A stretch of DNA of 64,000 nucleotides from Candidatus Chazhemtobacterium aquaticus (GTDB taxonomy: Bacteria; Patescibacteriota; Microgenomatia; UBA1400; Chazhemtobacteraceae), in NCBI RefSeq assembly GCF_009936135.1, contig NZ_CP047901.1, positions 152,984 through 216,983 of the forward strand, written 5' to 3'. How positions within the stretch are numbered: position 1 is the stretch's first letter; each line of letters begins with the position of its first letter. Under the pieces are notes generated by a model. That model had not been told where the DNA came from and did no database searches. It saw only the letters and a program-made list of their open reading frames with translations. A program made the position numbers and the translations under genes. Of this stretch, positions 28,249-37,968 are shown one piece after another.

Positions 28249-28311
28249 AATAGGAAACATTCTATCATCTTTAGCCTCAAAAATCAACTAAATAGCCCGA
28301 TATACCAACTA

Positions 28312-28572
28312 CTAAGCCCTTATCTCTTTAAACCACGTAATTATCTCCGTCAAATCAGTTCCCACAATACCCATGCCCGATGCTTTAATCACCAGCTGCG
28401 CTGTAAACAAATCGAACTCAGCCTCATCCAGATTTTTAAGCACTCCTTTCAAAGACTTCTGCACATCATCCTTTTTTTGGTTTTTTTTCAAAGCTGACCC
28501 CCACTCAAACCCCTCAACACAACTAGGTACCACCTCACTCCAAAATTTATCAGCCAACTTTAACTCACTCAA
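28312..28572 (-). CDS. Small hypothetical protein
   Basis: 86 aa; start overlaps the smpB stop (ATGA). Confidence 0.6.
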   Translation of the reverse strand: MSELKLADKFWSEVVPSCVEGFEWGSALKKNQKKDDVQKSLKGVLKNLDEAEFDLFTAQLVIKASGMGIVGTDLTEIITWFKEIRA

Positions 28573-29027
28573 TTTAGCCTCCTCTTTTTATAAGCTTGCT
28601 CTATTTCTCTCTTCTCACTTCTTTTCCTCAACTCCTCCCTTTTTTCGTACTTCTTCTTCCCCCGAACTAGAGCCAGCTCCACTTTTATTAAACCACGACT
28701 ATTATAGCACTTTAGAGGCACTACCGTCAAACCTTTTTGCCTCATTTTACCCGCCATCTCGTGCACCTCATCCCGCCTCAAAAGCAGCTTTCTTCGCCTC
28801 ACTGGGTCATACTCCTCATCACCTGAATACTCATACGGACTTATCTGCATTCCAACCACCCAAACCTCCTCTTTTCCACCATCATCCAACACCACTACCC
28901 GCGAACCACTCATCGATAACGCCCCCTTCTTCGCACTCTTAACCTCAGCACCCGTCAGCACTATTCCAGCCTGCCACTTATCTAGCACCTCATAATCACT
29001 CAAGGCCTTCTTATTTACCGCTTTCAT
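28569..29027 (-). CDS. smpB: SsrA-binding protein
   Basis: NKKA..DY....QAGIVLTGAEVKS...RRRKLLL...GKKKYEKRE; start re-called to ATG 29027. Confidence 0.95.
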   Translation of the reverse strand: MKAVNKKALSDYEVLDKWQAGIVLTGAEVKSAKKGALSMSGSRVVVLDDGGKEEVWVVGMQISPYEYSGDEEYDPVRRRKLLLRRDEVHEMAGKMRQKGLTVVPLKCYNSRGLIKVELALVRGKKKYEKREELRKRSEKREIEQAYKKRRLN

Positions 29028-29084
29028 GACCATATTCTAACTCAAGTCCACACAAAAACCCTCGTTTACTCACAAAATCAACCT

Positions 29085-30947
29085 TTATATCCCCACCACC
29101 CACACCTCACCCTCAATTACCACCATCAATCTACCTCTCTCTTCATCAAAATCTACCCCCCCTGCCCTACCAAAACCCTCCCAAACCAATTTCTGTAAGT
29201 AATCTCCACTCTCTCTATCAAACTCAACCACCGCCCCCATCTCTCTATCCCAAACCCACACCCTGCCTCTCTCCTCGCTTACCATTATCTTTTCAGGCTT
29301 CTGCCACTCCTCAACTGGCTTTAATTCATAATCAACTACTAAGCCTTGGTTTAATCTCACCACCTCCCCATTACTCGCCAACAACCACACCTCTCCATCA
29401 ATGGCCATATCCACCACTCCACTCATATCCACCACCACACCAGGCGACAAAAATCGCCTTCTCTTACCATAACCTTCCCCCGTTCCTGGAAACCTAAACA
29501 AGTCATCCCCAGCCACCACATACGCATTAATCCCATATCCCTCCACCAACCTACCTACAACTCCTTCCATATCAAGCCTTGCTGTCTCTTCTCCTTCTTC
29601 GCTCACCACCACCACGTCACTCCCGTTTAGAGCCAAAATCTCTTCATCTGCCCCCGCAATATCCACCACCCCACTTAAGCTCTCACCCCCAGCCACCACC
29701 TCACCACTTTTGTCACTCAAGCTTACTCTCACCACCACTCTCTCATCCTCACCCCACAAATACATCCACTCATCCCGAACATCCACTCCTTCCATCCTTA
29801 GTCCCTCCTTAAACACTCCAGCATCCAACCACATCTGCCCCTCTGTCCTCACCTCACCACTCACCTCCCACCACACCTCATCGACTCTCTTGGCCAACTC
29901 CGCCCACTCTTCACTCAACCTACCTTCTACAAATCTATCTCCCTGACTCACTATCTCTTCTTTTGCCTCTATAACCAAACTCCTCGATCTCACCGCGTTC
30001 ACACTCTTAAGTCTCACCGCTTCCTCCAGCGCATACTCAATCGGTTCGCTCACCCCCTCAAACTCCTCACGTTCCTTCATCACCGATCTTCTTCCAGCTC
30101 CAACCACCACACTTACTAAAAATATCACCAAAAACACACTCCCCAATACCATCGCCCACCGTCTCTTTCCACTCTCTTCACTTCGCAGCGTAATTCCTCT
30201 ACCACCCAATCCCAACTTTCTCTTTAATCTAGCTAAACCTCTCTTCCAACCAGGTTCTTCATTAACTACCATCACCTGTGCTTTTGATGGCTCTATCCCA
30301 CTTATCTCAGGCTCAACCAACTCAATAATGCCCTCTTGCTCATTATCAACAACCTCCTCAACTAACTTAATTCTTTTTACCTTTACCACCAACCCTGCCA
30401 CCTTAGCTCCATCCTCCATCTCTCCCATCTTAGCCACCATCTCAACCTCACTCGCCCCCTCACTCCAAATACCATTCACAAATTCCTCACTCCCTATCAC
30501 CACTTCATCCTCTTCCAACAACCAGCCAGACACCGCTTCTCCACCTCCCCAAACCTCCACTCTCTCCCCTCCTCTCACTAACACCACCTTCATACCTCCC
30601 CAACCTCCTATATACACTCCTCGCTTCCCCTCATCATCAACCAATACCTGACCCACCACTACGCTTCCAATATCTCCTATCTCACTTCTTAACCTGTCCA
30701 CTTGTTCAACCACCCACTCCCATCCTTCTTTTTCACCCAACACAAAACTCTCCACCACCTCCTCCATCAATCCTCTCCCCTTCTCTTTTACTCCCCCCTC
30801 GCCACTCATCACCTCCTCCAAACTCATTACCACCAACATCGCCCGACCCTTCTCACCACCACTCTCCCAACGCACCTGAGACCAAACCTCATCACTAGCA
30901 CCACCCACCACCTGCTTCCACTCAATTCCCAGTCTCTTATCTCTCAT
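29085..30947 (-). CDS. Membrane protein with a degenerate PP2C-like N-terminus, one TM helix and a beta-propeller-like C-terminus
   Basis: 620 aa; SGWL.EEDEVVIGS; DMAIDGEVWLL. Confidence 0.65.
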   Translation of the reverse strand: MRDKRLGIEWKQVVGGASDEVWSQVRWESGGEKGRAMLVVMSLEEVMSGEGGVKEKGRGLMEEVVESFVLGEKEGWEWVVEQVDRLRSEIGDIGSVVVGQVLVDDEGKRGVYIGGWGGMKVVLVRGGERVEVWGGGEAVSGWLLEEDEVVIGSEEFVNGIWSEGASEVEMVAKMGEMEDGAKVAGLVVKVKRIKLVEEVVDNEQEGIIELVEPEISGIEPSKAQVMVVNEEPGWKRGLARLKRKLGLGGRGITLRSEESGKRRWAMVLGSVFLVIFLVSVVVGAGRRSVMKEREEFEGVSEPIEYALEEAVRLKSVNAVRSRSLVIEAKEEIVSQGDRFVEGRLSEEWAELAKRVDEVWWEVSGEVRTEGQMWLDAGVFKEGLRMEGVDVRDEWMYLWGEDERVVVRVSLSDKSGEVVAGGESLSGVVDIAGADEEILALNGSDVVVVSEEGEETARLDMEGVVGRLVEGYGINAYVVAGDDLFRFPGTGEGYGKRRRFLSPGVVVDMSGVVDMAIDGEVWLLASNGEVVRLNQGLVVDYELKPVEEWQKPEKIMVSEERGRVWVWDREMGAVVEFDRESGDYLQKLVWEGFGRAGGVDFDEERGRLMVVIEGEVWVVGI

Positions 30948-31001
30948 ACCTCTATATTAACAAGCCCGCCCTAATCAAACTAATCCCAATCCTCCAAAAG
31001 G

Positions 31002-31232
31002 TTAAAGTGTTCCCATCGCCCAAATCAATCCTACAGCTGCTCCAGCCATTAATCCTAAACCCATCACCTTCAAAGGCACTTCCAACACTCCATTTAAGGT
31101 TCTCGCCATCAACACTATCTGTCTCCACACAATCACTGAAAAAATCAAATACACTCCAAAGGCTGCCAAGTAAAACCACTTTACCAGTATCCAAATCTGT
31201 CCTGTCTCTCCTGTTATTTCTCCTAAGTCCAT
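31002..31232 (-). CDS. Small 2-TM protein (DUF5657-like)
   Basis: YLIFSVIVWRQIVLMARTL. Confidence 0.7.
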   Translation of the reverse strand: MDLGEITGETGQIWILVKWFYLAAFGVYLIFSVIVWRQIVLMARTLNGVLEVPLKVMGLGLMAGAAVGLIWAMGTL

Positions 31233-31271
31233 TTTTTACTCAACTTAATAATTTATACATCTTCCATCCAC

Positions 31272-31922
31272 CTATTTTAATCTACCTTCTAACTCCTCTT
31301 GTTGCTCCTCCTGCTGAAGCATATACAGAATCTCCACCACTCTTCCCGGATTTGGCACTCTCAAGAAATCAAACTCTCTCTGCTCTGCCGCCGTCTGAAT
31401 AAACACATCACCATAATTAAAAATGGCTGCCATACCCCCAGTCTGCACAAAGTTAACATCTTGTACATTAGCAATCTGTGTTACCGCCAAGTTCCTATGA
31501 ATCAGCCCGTGAAAATCAATATCCACTACTCGTTCATCAGTCACTATATACACATTAAAGTACCAATTTAAGAACTTCTCCAATACGTAAGCCAACACCA
31601 ATAAATACCACAGCACTGCGGTTGCCAATTGAAACCTCACCGGCAACCATGAAAACGGCAAATACTCCCAAAACGCTGGCATCAAGGCCATTCCCACTGC
31701 TACCACTATCCAACCTAAATTAACCACTGGATGCTGTCTCAACAATAGAATAATTTTCTCGTCTGGCTCCTGGGTCTCAAACCGCAAGTTAGGAGGAGTA
31801 ACAGCGAAAGCACTCCATACAGCACTATCTCTCTTCTTTGACAACTCCTCAAACACCGGACTATACCGACCCCCTCGTCTTCTTCCTTCACCTTTTTTCT
31901 TTGCGTCAAATACCTGAGGCAT
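31272..31922 (-). CDS. Bacterial PH-domain membrane protein
   Basis: FETQEPDEKIILLLRQH, WYFNVYIVTDERVVD, FNYGDVFIQTAA. Confidence 0.8.
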   Translation of the reverse strand: MPQVFDAKKKGEGRRRGGRYSPVFEELSKKRDSAVWSAFAVTPPNLRFETQEPDEKIILLLRQHPVVNLGWIVVAVGMALMPAFWEYLPFSWLPVRFQLATAVLWYLLVLAYVLEKFLNWYFNVYIVTDERVVDIDFHGLIHRNLAVTQIANVQDVNFVQTGGMAAIFNYGDVFIQTAAEQREFDFLRVPNPGRVVEILYMLQQEEQQEELEGRLK

Positions 31923-31940
31923 ATACTTAATTGTACCTCA

Positions 31941-33695
31941 TCACTTACTCTCAATATTAAACAAACCGCTCTTCACCGCTACCCTACCCGGCGCCCTCAA
32001 GTTAAACGCCTTGTAAAACTCCTCTCCCTTAATTGATATCGATCCCTTATCCGTCTGAAAATTAACCGAGTCAGTCACCCCATCATCTCGGTAAGTCACA
32101 CTCACCCCAGTCACTCTTCCATACCCACCCTTACTCTTAAGCTCAGATATTGAATACGGATTACCTCCCCAACAAGATCCAATTGGAGTCACCCGGTCAT
32201 CACTTTCACCTCTCTGATAAACCACTACCCAAGCATTAATAATGTCAGCCATCTCCTCTCCCGACAGCCATGGATTATCTCTTCCGCACATATCACCACT
32301 TCTACTCTTGTACCAAGCCTTGTAAAACCACGGACTGCCCGCCCTACTCTCCCATGCATTTGACGTCCAACCACTCCTTCCTCCCTCAGCATCCCAAAAC
32401 CCCGGCGTTGTGTGACCCAATGTCTGATAAGACTCCTGATATCCTCCTGACGTGCTGGCATACCATGCACTAATAATCTCCCCCGTATTGTTACTCACCA
32501 AAATCTTGCCCTTAGTATTATTCACTGCCTCCCCCCACTTAGCGTCCCCCACCTTGCTTGATCGATAGACCTGACAACTCTCTGTTGTACAAATCGAACC
32601 AGACGCTGATCTGTTTCCCATCCGCCACCCCACATATGACAACGCATAGCTTCTTGCCGCAATCGCCTGTGCCTCTAACGCCGCCATCCCTCCTTTATCC
32701 GCCCAAGAAGAGGGCATCTCTGAAATTCCTCTCATATAATTATCCTCAAAAGGCAAGCTCCCAACCGAGGTATTGATCGAAAAACTTGTATCAACCGTCT
32801 CAATCCTTACATTCCCGTAATAAGCCTTTAAAATCTCTTCCGCTGATTGTCCAGCCTTAGCCCTCCCATAGGCTCCATACTGACTCATTCCCTTAAAATG
32901 GGGCGCTCCAAAAGAAAATACTGCAAAACTTCCTCCAGGAGCTGAATTCCGAAAACCCTCTATTGAAGCGTTGTAATCATCCGCCAACGGCACATCACCT
33001 ACGGTCGTACTAAACGTCTCTGCCTTTGCTGACAAAACCGATTGTTGTAAAGCTGACAAACTCGCAATCTTACCCTCCAAACTCTTCTGATACTCCTTCG
33101 CCCCCGCAATCTCTTTCTTAAAGAAATCCGCCTCCTTATCCAAACTCGCTTGCAACCCCGACAACCTCGTTTTACTTGCCTCCAAATCAGCCCTATCAGA
33201 CTCGAGCCCTGCAATCTCCTCCGCTAATGATGCAATCATCACCCTGTCCTGATTCACTGCCACCTCCCGATAACCCAACTCTTGCTGCAACTCACCACTC
33301 CCCACCGCCAACAACCACTCTACTGCTCCTGAAGAAGTCCTCATCCTCTTGTAATATCCTTTTGTTTTCTCAGCCAACAGCAGGTACTGAACCGCCAAAT
33401 CTTTCTCCCTATCCTCTATCTCATCCGCTAAATCATCCAGCCTATCTTCCGCAGCTCCAATCTGCCTCTGAATTGAAGCAATCTCTCTCTCCAACCTATT
33501 TACTTCAGACTCTAGTGGTGCCGTCGCTGCCTTGCTATCTGCCAAGGCTTTAGACAAGTCGGTAATCTGCCTGCCTAAACATTCATACAGCGGCTCACCT
33601 CCCAAACCCTCACAATTTGTTTCTGCCACCACCGGCTTCGTCAACCAACCCAGCAAACCCACCAATAGCAACACTAGTATTACTCTCCATCTCAT
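31941..33695 (-). CDS. Secreted coiled-coil plus SpoIID/LytB-domain protein
   Basis: Signal peptide, long coiled coil, GMSQYGA.G.A, EMPSSW, ALEAQAIAARSYA, ICTTESCQVY. Confidence 0.88.
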   Translation of the reverse strand: MRWRVILVLLLVGLLGWLTKPVVAETNCEGLGGEPLYECLGRQITDLSKALADSKAATAPLESEVNRLEREIASIQRQIGAAEDRLDDLADEIEDREKDLAVQYLLLAEKTKGYYKRMRTSSGAVEWLLAVGSGELQQELGYREVAVNQDRVMIASLAEEIAGLESDRADLEASKTRLSGLQASLDKEADFFKKEIAGAKEYQKSLEGKIASLSALQQSVLSAKAETFSTTVGDVPLADDYNASIEGFRNSAPGGSFAVFSFGAPHFKGMSQYGAYGRAKAGQSAEEILKAYYGNVRIETVDTSFSINTSVGSLPFEDNYMRGISEMPSSWADKGGMAALEAQAIAARSYALSYVGWRMGNRSASGSICTTESCQVYRSSKVGDAKWGEAVNNTKGKILVSNNTGEIISAWYASTSGGYQESYQTLGHTTPGFWDAEGGRSGWTSNAWESRAGSPWFYKAWYKSRSGDMCGRDNPWLSGEEMADIINAWVVVYQRGESDDRVTPIGSCWGGNPYSISELKSKGGYGRVTGVSVTYRDDGVTDSVNFQTDKGSISIKGEEFYKAFNLRAPGRVAVKSGLFNIESK

Positions 33696-33770
33696 TACCT
33701 ACTATAATAACGCATCCAGGCCTACTCTTCCTTCTTTTACCAATGCTATCATCAAACTATACACTCAACC

Positions 33771-34154
33771 ATGAAAAAACTTTACTTTAATCTTCTCACC
33801 CTTATCACTACATCTCTTCTTTTTCCCTCATCAGTTCTCGCTCAAAACCCTGGCGATCTGTTCTGTAACGATAGCTCCGGCATCGCCACTGCTATCGGCT
33901 GTGTCTCACTTGAGCCTGGTGACTTTGCCGGAGACATCCTAAGATTCTCTGTTGGCATTGGTGGTGGTATTGCCCTCCTTCTCCTTCTTTACGGTTTTAC
34001 CCTACTCACCATGTCAGCTGGATCGCCCGACAAAGTCAACGCTGCTAAAGAAATCATCACCTCCGCCATCGGTGGTCTTATTTTTGTCACCATGGCCACT
34101 GTCCTCATGGGTTTTATCGGTATCAACATTCTTAATCTACCCGGCCTTAATTAA
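33771..34154 (+). CDS. TrbC/VirB2-like pilin 1
   Basis: Signal peptide; TM1-SAGSPDKVNAAKEIITSAIGG-TM2. Confidence 0.8.
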   Translation: MKKLYFNLLTLITTSLLFPSSVLAQNPGDLFCNDSSGIATAIGCVSLEPGDFAGDILRFSVGIGGGIALLLLLYGFTLLTMSAGSPDKVNAAKEIITSAIGGLIFVTMATVLMGFIGINILNLPGLN

Positions 34155-34158
34155 TAAA

Positions 34159-35310
34159 ATGCGTACAACAATCTTCCTTTTCATCTTCCTCACAAACCTC
34201 TTTCTTTTCTCCGCTTCCCCCGCTCAAGCCGAATGTTGCGCCGCCAGCAGTTCTACATGCACCGGACCCTTCACCTGCGAAGGAGGCGAACTTATCTGTA
34301 CCACCTCTGCCGAATGCCCTCGCGATCCTTCCTGTTTTGACAGTGGCCAACCTTGCAACTCACTAAAGCCCTGCTGCGAAGAGGGTTTTGCCTGTTCTCC
34401 AACTACTTCAACCTGTCTGTCAACCGCTGCCCCCACCCCAGGCCCAGAACCAAGACCTATTGAGTGTGCACTCGCCCACATCGGCGCCGGCAGGGGAGGC
34501 CAAAACTGGGACGTCACTTACTGTGTCGCCGCCGACACTATTGAGGACCTCCATCGCGTCGCCCAAATCACCGGCATCTGCCGCCGCGGCGCCACCAGCA
34601 TTCTCGGCCAGTATGTCAACAACTGCTCTTGTCATGACGACGATTGGTACGACAACCCGCTCACTGCCGTGGGGGCTCGAGCGGTCTGCTGTGTCGCCGG
34701 ACTAGGTCGCTGCCCGTCAGCTGTTCGCACTACCCAAAGTGTCTCCGGCCAATTCCCCACTCTTTTTGACCCAAACACCAACCGCTACTACACCTGTTTC
34801 ACTCTCCAAGGCATTGATCGAAACGTTGGTATCATGGAAGTTCAGATCAAAGACGCCGATGGGCAACAAGTCTGTAGTGTTCCTCGCGTCACCGTCGCTC
34901 CGGGCAACTACAGCTGGTGGGAATACTTTGACAACACCCTTGAAACCCGCTTCGACACCTCTCTGCCTTTCTACGAAGACCCCACCGAACAAGATCGCTA
35001 CGATCTCACCTGTAGTACTGTCACTGGCAAGCGCGGCATCAACACCGCCATTGGCTGCATTGCCGTCAAACCAGTCGAATTTACTCAAGATTTCCTCACT
35101 GTCAGTATAGGCATTGGTGGTGGTATAGCTCTTTTACTGCTTCTCTATGCCACTGCTCTTATTACCCTTTCTCAAGGCAATCCTCAAAAAATCCAGTCGG
35201 GACAACAAATCATCGCCGCCGTCATCCAAGGCCTCATCCTCATTACCCTCTCAGTAGTTATGCTTAACTTCCTTGGTATTAACATTCTCAACCTCCCTGG
35301 TTTACAATAA
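34159..35310 (+). CDS. Cys-rich N-terminal domain fused to a VirB2-like pilin (pilin 2)
   Basis: Start re-called to ATG 34159 (MRTTIFLF signal); many Cys; C-terminal SQGNPQKIQSGQQII pilin. Confidence 0.75.
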   Translation: MRTTIFLFIFLTNLFLFSASPAQAECCAASSSTCTGPFTCEGGELICTTSAECPRDPSCFDSGQPCNSLKPCCEEGFACSPTTSTCLSTAAPTPGPEPRPIECALAHIGAGRGGQNWDVTYCVAADTIEDLHRVAQITGICRRGATSILGQYVNNCSCHDDDWYDNPLTAVGARAVCCVAGLGRCPSAVRTTQSVSGQFPTLFDPNTNRYYTCFTLQGIDRNVGIMEVQIKDADGQQVCSVPRVTVAPGNYSWWEYFDNTLETRFDTSLPFYEDPTEQDRYDLTCSTVTGKRGINTAIGCIAVKPVEFTQDFLTVSIGIGGGIALLLLLYATALITLSQGNPQKIQSGQQIIAAVIQGLILITLSVVMLNFLGINILNLPGLQ

Positions 35311-35314
35311 AGCC

Positions 35315-35653
35315 ATGCTACTTGCTCAAGCTGACATTACCAATGTCCCTAACCCTGCCACCAACTTTACCGACCCCGCCACCTGGAATATTGCTGGCCT
35401 TCTTACTGGGGGTACTGGAAGTTTTAATCTTGTCAACCTAGCCTTCTTCCTCGTCGGCTTCGTCTTCTTCTCAAACCTAGTCATCGCCGCCGTCACCTAT
35501 ATTATGTCCGAAGGTTCTCCCGATAACGTCTCCAAAGCCAACTCGCGCTTCACCACTGGATTAATTGGCCTCATCGTTGTCTTTGCCAGCTTTGTTATAG
35601 TCCGTTTAGTTGCTGCTCTTTTCAGTCTTGATGCTAGCGTTCCAATAAACTAG
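35315..35653 (+). CDS. VirB2-like pilin 3
   Basis: YIMSEGSPDNVSKANSRFTTGLIG; start re-called to ATG 35315. Confidence 0.75.
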   Translation: MLLAQADITNVPNPATNFTDPATWNIAGLLTGGTGSFNLVNLAFFLVGFVFFSNLVIAAVTYIMSEGSPDNVSKANSRFTTGLIGLIVVFASFVIVRLVAALFSLDASVPIN

Positions 35654-35662
35654 AAACAAAAC

Positions 35663-36061
35663 ATGAAAACAAAAAAACTTCTCATTCTTCCACTAACCAC
35701 TCTCTTCTTTATCTCAAATCCCCATCTTGCCCACGCTCAACTCAATCCCTTTCAAACCAACCTTAAAGACATGTTTCCTGCTGCCCAAAACCTTCCCAAT
35801 CCAGGCAGTGGTGGCGTTCTCTCTACTTTCCTCAACCCAATCGTTAGTTTCGTTCCCATCGTCACTGGCATTCTCTCCTTCATTATTATCATCATTGCCG
35901 GCATCAAATATATAAGTCACGCAGGCAATGCCCAAGAAACCAAAAAAGTCAACGATATGATAACATACGCCTTAGTAGGACTGGCCTTGTCAGCCATCGC
36001 TTTCTGGATCACCCGCCTTCTCTTTATGGTCGGCGCTGGTGACTCTCAAAACTTATTCTAA
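35663..36061 (+). CDS. VirB2-like pilin 4
   Basis: GIKYISHAGNAQETKKVNDMITYALVG. Confidence 0.78.
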   Translation: MKTKKLLILPLTTLFFISNPHLAHAQLNPFQTNLKDMFPAAQNLPNPGSGGVLSTFLNPIVSFVPIVTGILSFIIIIIAGIKYISHAGNAQETKKVNDMITYALVGLALSAIAFWITRLLFMVGAGDSQNLF

Positions 36062-36063
36062 CC

Positions 36064-36435
36064 ATGAACCTAATCAAACTCCTTATACCCGTCGTTTACG
36101 CTCAAACCGATCCTATTGGCACCATTCAAGCTCCCGCCTCTATTGTTACTGGACCCAGCGATATCTACAAAATATTTAACTCAGTCGTTAATCTCTTAGT
36201 TGTCGTTGCTGGTATCTGGTTTCTTGTCCAAATCATTCTAGCCGGTTTCAACTACATCACCGGTGCTGGTGATAGCAATAAAACTGGCGAAGCCATGAAA
36301 AAAATCACCGACTCTGTCATTGGTCTTGTGGTTGTCGCCGCCGCCTTTATCATCACCTACATTGCTGGTGCTCTCTTTTTTGGCACAGGCTTTAACATCC
36401 TACAACCAACCATAAAAACCATTACTGATTTCTAA
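36064..36435 (+). CDS. VirB2-like pilin 5
   Basis: GFNYITGAGDSNKTGEAMKKITDSVIG. Confidence 0.8.
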   Translation: MNLIKLLIPVVYAQTDPIGTIQAPASIVTGPSDIYKIFNSVVNLLVVVAGIWFLVQIILAGFNYITGAGDSNKTGEAMKKITDSVIGLVVVAAAFIITYIAGALFFGTGFNILQPTIKTITDF

Positions 36436-36440
36436 TAATC

Positions 36441-36812
36441 ATGAATCTAGTCAAACTTTTCATCCCCCAAGCTCACGCTGCATTCACCCAAGGAGGTGAT
36501 ATTGTCGGCCCGGGATCTCATCAAAACATCAGCTCCGCTACTGCTGGCACCTCACTTGAAACCCTCATTAGCACTCTTCTTGGTGCACTCACTGCCATCG
36601 CTGGTTTAGGTTTCCTCATCTACTTCGTCATTGGCGGCATCAACTGGATCACCGCTGGTGGTGACCAACAAAAACATCAAAAGGCCACCAAACAGCTTAC
36701 CGACGCCGCCATAGGCCTTATCGTCGTCGTCGTCGCCTACGCTATCGCCGGTATTGTTGGCACAGTCCTTGAAGTTGATATATTAAATCCAGCCAGCCTA
36801 CTCGGCTTATAA
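36441..36812 (+). CDS. VirB2-like pilin 6
   Basis: GGINWITAGGDQQKHQKATKQLTDAAIG. Confidence 0.8.
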   Translation: MNLVKLFIPQAHAAFTQGGDIVGPGSHQNISSATAGTSLETLISTLLGALTAIAGLGFLIYFVIGGINWITAGGDQQKHQKATKQLTDAAIGLIVVVVAYAIAGIVGTVLEVDILNPASLLGL

Positions 36813-36819
36813 CCACAAT

Positions 36820-37158
36820 ATGTTTATCAAATCCGCCTACGCTGCCATCTCCAACCCTGCCCTCCAAAATTTTGGTACCGACACTACTGGTGGAGCCGGT
36901 TTAGCTTTCTATGTTTCTCAGCTCTGGAAAACCCTCGTCGTCGTTGGCGGCCTCGCCTTCCTCCTTTACACCATTATTGGCGGAATCAACTGGGTCATTG
37001 CCGGAGGCGACAAAACCAAAGTCGAATCCGCTCAAAAACACCTCACCAACGGACTCACCGGCCTTATCGTTCTTGCCGCTTCTTACGCCATCATGGCCGT
37101 GGTCAGTGATGTTGTTGGTATCAATATTCTTAATATTGATTGGACCTTTGGCAACTAA
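36820..37158 (+). CDS. VirB2-like pilin 7
   Basis: GGINWVIAGGDKTKVESAQKHLTNGLTG. Confidence 0.8.
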   Translation: MFIKSAYAAISNPALQNFGTDTTGGAGLAFYVSQLWKTLVVVGGLAFLLYTIIGGINWVIAGGDKTKVESAQKHLTNGLTGLIVLAASYAIMAVVSDVVGINILNIDWTFGN

Positions 37159-37162
37159 AACC

Positions 37163-37477
37163 ATGAATATTATCAAACCCGTCTACGCTCAAACATCAGA
37201 TATTGATAGCCAAGTCACCGGCTTCTTTGCTTATAGCAACGTTGGTGATCTTGTCAGCACCCTCGTCACCACTGCCATTGTCGTTGGTGCCCTTGCCACC
37301 CTTATCTATCTCATCATAGGTGGTATCAACTGGATCACCTCAGCCGGAGATACCCAAAAAGTCGAATCCGCTCAAAAACACCTCACCAACGCCCTTATTG
37401 GCCTAGTAATTCTCGTCGCTGCCTATGCCATTTTCACTGTCGTTAAAGCTTTTCTTGGTATCGGTGATGAAATCTGA
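37163..37477 (+). CDS. VirB2-like pilin 8
   Basis: Start re-called to ATG 37163; GGINWITSAGDTQKVESAQKHLTNALIG. Confidence 0.8.
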   Translation: MNIIKPVYAQTSDIDSQVTGFFAYSNVGDLVSTLVTTAIVVGALATLIYLIIGGINWITSAGDTQKVESAQKHLTNALIGLVILVAAYAIFTVVKAFLGIGDEI

Positions 37478-37512
37478 CCCATTTGACAGGGTCAAACCCA
37501 TCTGAATATAAT
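37475..37512 (+). promoter_or_regulatory. Consensus promoter for pilin 9 with an inverted repeat around the -35
   Basis: TTGACA(37483)-18 nt-TATAAT(37507); tgaccc/gggtca arms flank the -35. Confidence 0.65.
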
Positions 37513-37543
37513 CAGCTTAACCATTAATTATCTTATCCAAAGC

Positions 37544-37888
37544 ATGAAACTACTTGAATCGCTTATCAAACCAGTACAAGCCCAGTCCGATCTTGGTGTT
37601 CCCGAACCAGATTACGCTGTTAGTAGCATTGGCAACCTTCTCTCTGGTCTAGTTAACGCCGCTATCGTTATCGGCGCTCTCGCCGCCTTCCTCTATCTCA
37701 TCCTTGGTGGCCTTCAATGGATCACCGCCGGTGGAGATAAAACCAAAACCGAAGAAGCTCAGAAAAAAATCACTAATGCCATTATCGGCTTAGTCATTAT
37801 TGCTGCTGCCTATGCCATCATCACCGTCGTTGTCCAATTCCTTGGAATCGGTGAAATCAGCAGTCTTTCTCTTCCTGCCATCGAATAA
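37544..37888 (+). CDS. VirB2-like pilin 9 (candidate major pilin)
   Basis: GGLQWITAGGDKTKTEEAQKKITNAIIG; own promoter and terminator. Confidence 0.82.
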   Translation: MKLLESLIKPVQAQSDLGVPEPDYAVSSIGNLLSGLVNAAIVIGALAAFLYLILGGLQWITAGGDKTKTEEAQKKITNAIIGLVIIAAAYAIITVVVQFLGIGEISSLSLPAIE

Positions 37889-37916
37889 CTTTATTTTCAA
37901 CAAAGTTAATCAAAAG

Positions 37917-37941
37917 AACCTTCCACCAGGAAGGTTTTTTT
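37917..37941 (+). terminator. Rho-independent terminator
   Basis: aaccttcc-acca-ggaaggtt followed by a T-tract. Confidence 0.75.
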
Positions 37942-37968
37942 GTTATCCCGCCATGCTACAATCTGCTC

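Noticed and set aside
29579-33774. Pro/Ser/His-rich + strand ORFs antisense to real genes (also 44100-46013, 22735-24247)
   Set aside because: Artefacts of stop-poor C-rich antisense frames; no motifs.
33952-34158. N-terminal extension of the 452-aa ORF (likewise 36911-37162 and 35273-35314)
   Set aside because: Overlaps the preceding pilin in another frame; downstream ATGs give proper signal peptides.
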